A stretch of 52,103 nt of DNA from an uncultured Flavobacteriaceae bacterium (lineage in GTDB: Bacteria; Bacteroidota; Bacteroidia; AKYH767-A; OLB10), in NCBI GenBank assembly GCA_964458125.1, contig CAYWHE010000001.1, positions 1 to 52,103 on the forward strand, given 5' to 3'. Every line of letters begins with the position of its first letter. Position 1 is the first letter of the stretch. Below, one piece after another: positions 45,671 to 52,103 of this stretch. Both the position numbers and the translations under genes were made by a program. The notes under the pieces were generated by a model that was given only the letters and a program-made list of their open reading frames with translations, ran no database searches and was not told the DNA's origin.

Positions 45671-47764
45671 TCAGGAAATTCCCGAGTAAGCTTTGGCTGT
45701 CTGGGTGGTGTTCTCAGGACCAGACTGTTCCTTTGTTTCAGGAGCGTCAGGTGTGGCGGATTTTCCCACGTCCTGTCCGTTGCCGGATGGAGCCATTTCT
45801 TCGACAACAAATGTCCGTTTGCCAAATATTTCCTCGAGGTCTTCCTTGAAAATCACTTCCTTCTCAAGCAGTACGGATGCCAGCTTATCCAGGGCGTCAC
45901 GCCTTCCCCGAAGAATTTCCTTGGTTTTCGCATAAGCGCTTTCGATCAGCTTACTTACTTCCTCATCAATAATCTGTGCGGTCTTTTCACTGTAAGGCTT
46001 GGTGAATGCGTAATCCTGGTTGCCTGAAGAGTCATAATAACTGATGTTTCCGATTTTATCATTCAGACCAAAAATCGTGACGCTGGCATAAGCCTGCTTG
46101 GTAATCTTTTCCAGGTCACTGAGTGCGCCGGTGGAAACGGATCCAAAAACAATTTCCTCTGCAGCGCGGCCTCCTAAAGCGGCACACAACTCATCGAATA
46201 TCTGTTCCCTGGTGGTGATTTGCCTTTCTTCGGGCAGATACCAGGCTGCACCGAGAGAGTTGCCCCTGGGAACAATGGTGACCTTCACGAGGGGGTGCGC
46301 ATGTTCCAAAAGCCAACTAACCGCCGCATGCCCGGATTCATGGTAGGCGATCACTTTTTTCTCATGTACGGAAATTATTTTATTTTTCTTCTCCAGCCCG
46401 CCAATGATACGATCAACGGCGTCCAGGAAGTCGGTCCGGTCGATAGCGGTTTTGTTTTTTCGGGCTGCAATCAATGCGGCTTCATTGCATAAATTTGCGA
46501 TATCGGCACCGGAAAAGCCGGGTGTTTGCTTGGCGAGAAAGTCAATGTCAACGGATTTATCAATTTTCAGTGGTTTGGCATGCACTTTAAAAATTTCCTT
46601 TCTTCCGTTCAGATCAGGCAATTCCACATAGATCTGCCGGTCGAACCTGCCGGGCCTTAACAGGGCGCGGTCGAGTACATCGGCCCTGTTGGTTGCGGCC
46701 AGGATGATAACGCCTGAATTGCTGCCAAAACCATCCATTTCGGTCAACAACTGGTTGAGGGTGCTTTCCCGTTCATCGTTGGCACTGAATGAAGGAGCTT
46801 TGCCGCGGGCGCGGCCGATGGCATCTATCTCATCAATAAAGATAATGCTGGGAGCCTTTTCCTTGGCCTGGCGAAACAGGTCCCTGACACGGGAGGCGCC
46901 AACGCCAACAAACATCTCCACAAAATCAGAACCGGACAAGGAGAAGAAAGGCACCTGGGCCTCACCGGCAACGGCTTTGGCCAGCAGGGTTTTGCCGGTA
47001 CCCGGAGGGCCAACCAGCAGAGCACCCCTTGGAATTTTTCCTCCCAGTTGCGTGTACTTTTTCGGATTTTTCAGGAAATCCACAATCTCCATTACTTCCA
47101 CCTTGGCTTCTTCGAGTCCGGCCACATCATTAAAGGTGACTTTCACATGCATATCCTTATCAAAAAGAGTCGCTTTTGATTTGCCGATGTTGAAAATCTG
47201 GCTGCCACCGGCACCACCGCCCATTCGTCTCATGATGAACAACCAGACGATGATGAGAATGGACAAGGGAAAGAGCCAGCTCAACAGGAGGTCCCAGTAA
47301 TTCTTATCATTATTATTATAGGCAATGCTGATATGCGGCTGATCCGGTATACTGTTCTCCAGGTCTTCCATTTTCTTTTCAAAGGAGGCCACATCGCCAA
47401 TGGTGAATTGATAATGGGGTCCTTCATTCAGGGTGTTGCCGAACGTTTTATTCCGGACAGCCTTATATTTATCCTGCGAAAGCCTGTCCTTTTTAATGTA
47501 TACCCTGACGGTTTCACGGTTTACGACTTCCAGTTTATCCACATCACCTGATTTCATCATTTCATTTTCGAACTGATTCCAGGTTGTTTCACGCGCTTTG
47601 CTGCCGGTATCATATAAACTGATTCCGAGTATGCAGATAATCAACAACCCGTACAACCAGTAAAAATTAAAATTGAATTTAGGTGCAGTTGGTTTTGGAA
47701 TTTTGCCTCCTGCCTTCTTTGGTTTTTTAGTATCCTCACCGGGATTACCAGTATTTTGTGCCAT
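45671..47764 (-). CDS. ftsH: ATP-dependent zinc metalloprotease FtsH
   Basis: 697-aa ORF with two TM segments, AAA+ Walker [14 protein letters not shown], Walker [13 protein letters not shown] ([19 protein letters not shown]) and the zinc motif HESGHA. Confidence 0.97.
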   Translation of the reverse strand: MAQNTGNPGEDTKKPKKAGGKIPKPTAPKFNFNFYWLYGLLIICILGISLYDTGSKARETTWNQFENEMMKSGDVDKLEVVNRETVRVYIKKDRLSQDKYKAVRNKTFGNTLNEGPHYQFTIGDVASFEKKMEDLENSIPDQPHISIAYNNNDKNYWDLLLSWLFPLSILIIVWLFIMRRMGGGAGGSQIFNIGKSKATLFDKDMHVKVTFNDVAGLEEAKVEVMEIVDFLKNPKKYTQLGGKIPRGALLVGPPGTGKTLLAKAVAGEAQVPFFSLSGSDFVEMFVGVGASRVRDLFRQAKEKAPSIIFIDEIDAIGRARGKAPSFSANDERESTLNQLLTEMDGFGSNSGVIILAATNRADVLDRALLRPGRFDRQIYVELPDLNGRKEIFKVHAKPLKIDKSVDIDFLAKQTPGFSGADIANLCNEAALIAARKNKTAIDRTDFLDAVDRIIGGLEKKNKIISVHEKKVIAYHESGHAAVSWLLEHAHPLVKVTIVPRGNSLGAAWYLPEERQITTREQIFDELCAALGGRAAEEIVFGSVSTGALSDLEKITKQAYASVTIFGLNDKIGNISYYDSSGNQDYAFTKPYSEKTAQIIDEEVSKLIESAYAKTKEILRGRRDALDKLASVLLEKEVIFKEDLEEIFGKRTFVVEEMAPSGNGQDVGKSATPDAPETKEQSGPENTTQTAKAYSGIS

Positions 47765-47849
47765 TTAATAACATTGTTAAAGACCATACGTGGCTTATCA
47801 ATAAACTGCCGCTATACGTTCCTTGAAGAGATTTCTGTTTCCTTTTGCT

Positions 47850-48245
47850 TTATTTGCTGACGGGTATCCTGATTTCAGCGTCCGCCCATAGTTTTTCAAT
47901 TCCGTAAAATTCTCTTTTTTCCTTCTGGAAAATATGCACCACGACATTGAAATAATCAATCAGGATCCATTCTGCATTTCCTTTTCCTTCCATGTGAAAC
48001 GGATCCTCCTTAAATTTTTTGTATACCTCCTCTTCCACCGACCTGGCTATGGCATCCACCTGGGTTTTTGAGTCGCCATGACAAACGATAAAAAAATCAG
48101 CAACTGCATTTTTAATGTTTCGAAGATCAAGGCTCACAATATCATGTCCCTTTTTTTCCTGTATTCCTTTTGTGATAACGGATAAAAGATCTCCGGAACT
48201 GTACTTTTTTAATCTGACTACTTTTGAAGGCTGTTTTTTAGCCAT
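47850..48245 (-). CDS. rsfS: Ribosome silencing factor RsfS (Iojap family)
   Basis: The start is taken at ATG 48245 (MAKKQPSK...). Motifs are K.G.DIV.LDLR........FFIVC.G.S..QV.AIA..V and W.L.DY..VVVH.F....R.FY..E.LW. Confidence 0.85.
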   Translation of the reverse strand: MAKKQPSKVVRLKKYSSGDLLSVITKGIQEKKGHDIVSLDLRNIKNAVADFFIVCHGDSKTQVDAIARSVEEEVYKKFKEDPFHMEGKGNAEWILIDYFNVVVHIFQKEKREFYGIEKLWADAEIRIPVSK

Positions 48246-48355
48246 TAGAACCTGTTGGAATTTGTACAAAGGTAAGGAATTTTAAATCATATTCTTAAGT
48301 TTGCAGTCAACTGTTTAACAATTGCCTGATACCATTCAGGAGCCATTACTAACAA

Positions 48356-49096
48356 ATGATCGGGAATAAAGTTATAGCACTTGAAAATACCGGGTCAACC
48401 AACCATTTTGCGGCTGCACTCGTGGAATCCGGCATGCCGGATGAGGGAACCGTGGTAATAGCTGATTACCAGGAAAAGGGACGAGGTCAACGGGAATCGG
48501 TTTGGGAAAGCGAGAGAGGAAAAAACCTACTGTGCAGCATTATCCTGTATCCTGCTTTTTTGCCTTTAAGTAACCAGTTCAGGCTTAACCAGGCGGTTTC
48601 TCTTGCTGTAGTCTCGCTGGTGGAAGATCTTACCGGGATAAAAACCCATATCAAATGGCCTAATGATATCCTGGTGAATGAGAAAAAAATTGCAGGCATC
48701 CTGATTGAAAACAACCTTCGGGGCCAGACCATTTCTTCTTCCATCATCGGGATTGGCCTGAACGTGAACCAGCTTCTGTTCAGGAATTATTCCTATGCGG
48801 CCGTTTCGCTTGCATCCCTCACGGGACGGAACTATAATATGGAAACCTGTGCCCGCCAGTTATTCGGTAAACTGGACTGGTATTATGCCCTGCTAAAAAA
48901 CGGCGATGACCAGCCATTCCAGGACCATTACCAGGAGCATTTATTCAGGCTGGATACCCCTGCCATGTATGAGATCCATGGAAAAACGGTGGAAGCCATC
49001 AACCGGGGAATAAATGAAAGCGGTGAACTGATACTGGAGTTTCCGGACGGGAGTTATCGCATGATTCGAACCGGTGACATGAAATACCTGTTCTGA
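48356..49096 (+). CDS. birA: Biotin--[acetyl-CoA-carboxylase] ligase (group I, no N-terminal HTH domain)
   Basis: 246-aa ORF with TNHFA, the biotin-binding motif QEKGRGQRESVWES..G.NL, KWPNDILV..KKIAGILIE and GIGLNVN. Confidence 0.88.
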   Translation: MIGNKVIALENTGSTNHFAAALVESGMPDEGTVVIADYQEKGRGQRESVWESERGKNLLCSIILYPAFLPLSNQFRLNQAVSLAVVSLVEDLTGIKTHIKWPNDILVNEKKIAGILIENNLRGQTISSSIIGIGLNVNQLLFRNYSYAAVSLASLTGRNYNMETCARQLFGKLDWYYALLKNGDDQPFQDHYQEHLFRLDTPAMYEIHGKTVEAINRGINESGELILEFPDGSYRMIRTGDMKYLF

Positions 49097-49099
49097 GGA

Positions 49100-49504
49100 T
49101 CAGGATGCCGAAATATCCTTGTATTTCCGGACCAGAATGTTTAAAAAATTGGTCAGGGGTTTTTCAGCCATCATTTTAAGAAACGGGTTCATATCGGCAT
49201 CAAAAGCCAGTTGAAGTTCCGTTTGTTCCGGACCAGTTTCCTTCAGGTTGCAAAACAAGGTGAAATCGAAGGGAGCCTTGCCTTTTCGCACAAATGTGAT
49301 CTGTTTTTCCGGTGTTTTTTCACTGAACTCCATCCCCAGGCTGGCCATTCCTTTGATGGAGAAACTACAGTCCAACTCCGTTGAAACCCAGTCTTCGACC
49401 TGTTCCGGCATCAGTTTCTCGTAATTGTTCAGGTTGCAAAGCCAGTCAAATACTTCCTTTGCCGGTTTATTTACGGATACTTTTTCACTCTCTATTCTGG
49501 TCAT
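49100..49504 (-). CDS. SRPBCC (START/polyketide-cyclase-like) family protein
   Basis: 134-aa ORF with an alternating beta/alpha pattern. The N-terminus (V.V.KPAKEVFDWL.NL.NYEKLMP) is typical of small SRPBCC proteins. It is adjacent to pyrE. Confidence 0.5.
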   Translation of the reverse strand: MTRIESEKVSVNKPAKEVFDWLCNLNNYEKLMPEQVEDWVSTELDCSFSIKGMASLGMEFSEKTPEKQITFVRKGKAPFDFTLFCNLKETGPEQTELQLAFDADMNPFLKMMAEKPLTNFLNILVRKYKDISAS

Positions 49505-49570
49505 GGCAGCGCATTTTATTTTTAAAACCTTAAGGACATGTGCCCTCCGGGTCCAGAGGCTAAACTTTGA

Positions 49571-50209
49571 TCATCCCGCTTTCCAGGCCGAGGGGTTCTG
49601 CCTCCATTCATTCAGGGATTTCAGTTCTTTCTCCTTAATATAACCTGTTCCTATGGCTATCTTAACCAATGTATCATAATTGCTGAGTGAATAAACCGGG
49701 CAGGCGGCAACTTTAAAATTATCGACAGCCTGCTGAAAACCATAGTTGAAAATGGAGACCATACCCTTTACCACCACTTTGTTTTCACGCAGCACGTGTA
49801 CGGCTTCGAGGCTGCTTTTTCCTGTCGATATCAGGTCCTCGATCACCACAGCAGTCTGATGTGGTTTAACTTCCCCTTCAACCTGATTTTTCAGGCCATG
49901 CGCCTTGGTGGATGGACGTACATAAACGAAGGGCAGTCCCAGTGCTTCGGCCACCAGCACACCATGTGCGATAGCCGCCGTAGCCACGCCTGCAATCACA
50001 TCCGGGCGGCCAAATTTCTCGTCCACCACCTTCACCAACTCCTGCCTGATATAGGTCCGGATGCGCGGATACGACAGGGAAATCCTGTTATCGCAATAGA
50101 TGGGTGACTTCCATCCCGAGGCCCAGGTAAAGGGATCGTCCGGCTGCAACCGGATGGCCTTTATCTGCAACAGAAATTCTGCTATTTTTGATGCGGTTTC
50201 TCCTACCAT
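49571..50209 (-). CDS. pyrE: Orotate phosphoribosyltransferase
   Basis: 212-aa ORF with F.W.SG..SPIY.DNR and the PRPP-binding motif VVIEDLISTGKSS. Confidence 0.93.
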   Translation of the reverse strand: MVGETASKIAEFLLQIKAIRLQPDDPFTWASGWKSPIYCDNRISLSYPRIRTYIRQELVKVVDEKFGRPDVIAGVATAAIAHGVLVAEALGLPFVYVRPSTKAHGLKNQVEGEVKPHQTAVVIEDLISTGKSSLEAVHVLRENKVVVKGMVSIFNYGFQQAVDNFKVAACPVYSLSNYDTLVKIAIGTGYIKEKELKSLNEWRQNPSAWKAG

Positions 50210-50220
50210 CTCGCTGGCTA

Positions 50221-50856
50221 ATGTACGAAGTTTTTATAAACAACAAACCCCTTGTTATTGTCCGTTCCGGCATGTCTGATCGTTACCGGGAGGGATGGAA
50301 AAGAATTGAAACCACTACTGATGCGATCAATCCGGCTGAACTAACAGGCTGGCTGCAGGCTGAACCATCAATCCAGGGAATTACCGTGTTTTGTCCATCC
50401 CCGGCCGGGATGATGAAGCATTTCTTCCGCGATTATAAACTTATTAAAGCTGCGGGAGGCCTGGTGCATAACCCGGAAGGAAAAATTTTATTCATTTACA
50501 GAAATGACAAATGGGATTTGCCAAAAGGGAAACTGGAGAAAGGGGAGCAACCAGATCATGCTGCACTGCGCGAAGTGGAAGAGGAAACACACGTCTCGGG
50601 ACTGACCATCCTCCGTAAACTTAAAACCACCTATCATACCTATACACTTGAAGACAGGCCTGTATTAAAGAAAACATACTGGTTTGAAATGAACTGCCGG
50701 AAGGGTGCCTTTACAAAACCCCAGCGCGAAGAAGGAATCGAAGAGGTGAAATGGATGAGCCGGCAGGAAATCCATGAAGCATTGAAAAACACCTATTCAC
50801 TGATTGCAGACCTGGTGCACGAATACTTCCAGAAGACCGTCGACACGAAGCTATAG
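50221..50856 (+). CDS. NUDIX hydrolase
   Basis: The start is taken at ATG 50221 (MYEVFINNKPL...). The Nudix box GKLEKGEQPDHAALREVEEETHV fits G-x5-E-x7-REUxEExGU. The N-terminal ~70 aa form a separate small domain. Confidence 0.85.
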   Translation: MYEVFINNKPLVIVRSGMSDRYREGWKRIETTTDAINPAELTGWLQAEPSIQGITVFCPSPAGMMKHFFRDYKLIKAAGGLVHNPEGKILFIYRNDKWDLPKGKLEKGEQPDHAALREVEEETHVSGLTILRKLKTTYHTYTLEDRPVLKKTYWFEMNCRKGAFTKPQREEGIEEVKWMSRQEIHEALKNTYSLIADLVHEYFQKTVDTKL

Positions 50857-50891
50857 CGCGAACCGAAGAACCGGTTCACCAGGCCATCAAC

Positions 50892-52103
50892 TCATCCGGC
50901 CTGAATGGTGGCCGGGACAACAGGATTCTGAACCCTGCCGGGATATTTTTTTAATGCCTGTGAAAGGCAAACCATTGCTTTTGTTAAGGATTCACGGTTT
51001 AACACATAGGCTATTCTGACCTGTTTCTTACCGGATTCAGGATTTGAATAAAAACCCGTTGCCGGCGCCAGCATGACGGTCTGATTTTCATAAGCAAAAT
51101 CTTCCAGCAGCCATTGGCAGAATTTATCCGAATCATCAACCGGCAATTGTGCCATGCAATAAAATGCGCCACTGGGCATGGGGCAATAAACACCTTCCAT
51201 TTTGTTGAGAGCTTCCACCACCAGATTCCGCCTGGAAATATATTCCGTTTTAACCTTTTCGAAATAAGAGTCCGGGGTATCGATAGCCGCTTCGGCGCCA
51301 ATCTGACCGAATGTCGGGGGACTCAGCCTGGCCTGGGCAAATTTAAGTGCGGATGACATGACGTCTTTATTCCTCGAAATCAGGGCACCAATCCTGGCTC
51401 CGCAGGCGCTGTAACGCTTGGAGATGGAATCCAGCAATACGATGTGCTGGTCCATTCCGGTCATGTGCATCACGGACGAATAAGGCCTGGCATCGTAACA
51501 AAACTCCCGGTATACCTCGTCTGAAAAAAGAAACAGGTCGTGCTTTAAAACCAGTTCCTTCAGTGATTCCAGTTCCCGGCTTGAATACAGGTAGCCCGTT
51601 GGGTTGCTGGGATTACAAATCATGATGGCCCTGGTCTTTGCCGTGATGATTTTTTCAAATTCGCTGATGGGCGGCAGCGCAAACCCGGTTTCAATGGTGC
51701 TGATGACCGGCCTCACGGTCACATCAGCCTGGCAGGAAAACCCGTTATAATTTGCGTAAAATGGTTCCGGGATGATGATTTCATCACCGGGGTTGAGGCA
51801 GCTCATCATGGCAATTTCAATAGCCTCCGACCCCCCACAGGTCACCATGATATCGGTATAATCGAGGAATATGCCGTATTTCTGATAGTAGGTAACGAGT
51901 TTTTTCCGGTAGGACTCGATCCCGGCCGAATGGCTGTATTCCACCACTTTCAGGTGATTATTCCGGATCGCCTGCAGCATGGATTCGGGTGTTTCGATAT
52001 CGGGCTGCCCGATATTGATATGATAAATGATTTTACCATCCTTTTTGGCTTTTTCCGCAAAGTGCACCAGTTTACGGATGGGTGAAGGAGGCATTTTAAG
52101 CCC
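50892..52103 (-). CDS. Class I/II PLP-dependent aminotransferase (aspartate/aromatic aminotransferase-like), probably 5'-truncated by the window edge
   Basis: Motifs are SPIRKL, NIGQPD, NPSNPTG and the PLP-lysine motif SISKRYSACGARIG. The reading frame stays open upstream of ATG 52094 to the window end, so the true start may lie outside the window. Confidence 0.9.
   Translation of the reverse strand, partial: GLKMPPSPIRKLVHFAEKAKKDGKIIYHINIGQPDIETPESMLQAIRNNHLKVVEYSHSAGIESYRKKLVTYYQKYGIFLDYTDIMVTCGGSEAIEIAMMSCLNPGDEIIIPEPFYANYNGFSCQADVTVRPVISTIETGFALPPISEFEKIITAKTRAIMICNPSNPTGYLYSSRELESLKELVLKHDLFLFSDEVYREFCYDARPYSSVMHMTGMDQHIVLLDSISKRYSACGARIGALISRNKDVMSSALKFAQARLSPPTFGQIGAEAAIDTPDSYFEKVKTEYISRRNLVVEALNKMEGVYCPMPSGAFYCMAQLPVDDSDKFCQWLLEDFAYENQTVMLAPATGFYSNPESGKKQVRIAYVLNRESLTKAMVCLSQALKKYPGRVQNPVVPATIQAG

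Noticed and set aside
45056-46027. 323-aa plus-strand ORF spanning the LUD-domain gene and the 3' end of ftsH
   Set aside because: It crosses an intergenic boundary between two well-supported minus-strand genes and has no recognisable domain. It is most likely an antisense artefact.
1-52103. Search for tRNA, rRNA, CRISPR arrays, IS elements, integrases, and prophage or toxin-antitoxin modules
   Set aside because: I saw no cloverleaf-like or GGTTCGAATCC-type tRNA signatures in the intergenic regions. I saw no regularly spaced short repeats outside coding tandem repeats. No ORF has transposase, integrase or phage hallmark motifs. The scan was done by eye only, so tRNAscan-SE, Infernal and ISfinder runs would be definitive.

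Overview
This is a chromosomal segment typical of Bacteroidota. Supporting signs are T9SS type A and type B C-terminal sorting domains, a Bacteroidota-style FtsZ tail, a PASTA-bearing FtsI, and GatB/YqeY downstream of ftsZ. The right two-thirds is core housekeeping. It holds a complete, very compact minus-strand dcw cluster: mraZ-rsmH-ftsL-ftsI-murE-mraY-murD-ftsW-murG-murC-ftsQ-ftsA-[extra ORF]-ftsZ-yqeY. This is followed by cdsA, a LUD-domain gene, ftsH, rsfS, birA, pyrE, a NUDIX hydrolase and an aminotransferase. The left third is more accessory. It holds an M16 peptidase pair, a 1863-aa T9SS type-B adhesin-like protein built from tandem FN3-pair repeats, and a di-haem cytochrome c peroxidase. 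It also holds a crtI-crtB carotenoid pair, a TMEM175/DUF1211 channel homologue, two GNAT genes, an NRAMP transporter, and a 3-methyladenine glycosylase/RecQ/UvrD neighbourhood. Further right are a second repeat-rich T9SS (type A) cargo and a UbiD-family decarboxylase. I found no rRNA, tRNA, CRISPR array, transposase or integrase. The most unusual items are: (i) a signal-anchored, apparently catalytically degenerate Amidase_3-like ORF tightly coupled between ftsA and ftsZ; (ii) a clear triple AAAGTGG direct-repeat MraZ operator upstream of mraZ; (iii) a UbiD-family protein whose C-terminal domain appears tandemly duplicated; (iv) a giant type-B T9SS cargo with no adjacent PorP/SprF-like partner. 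All family assignments come from motif recognition by eye and need confirmation by HMM or structure search.
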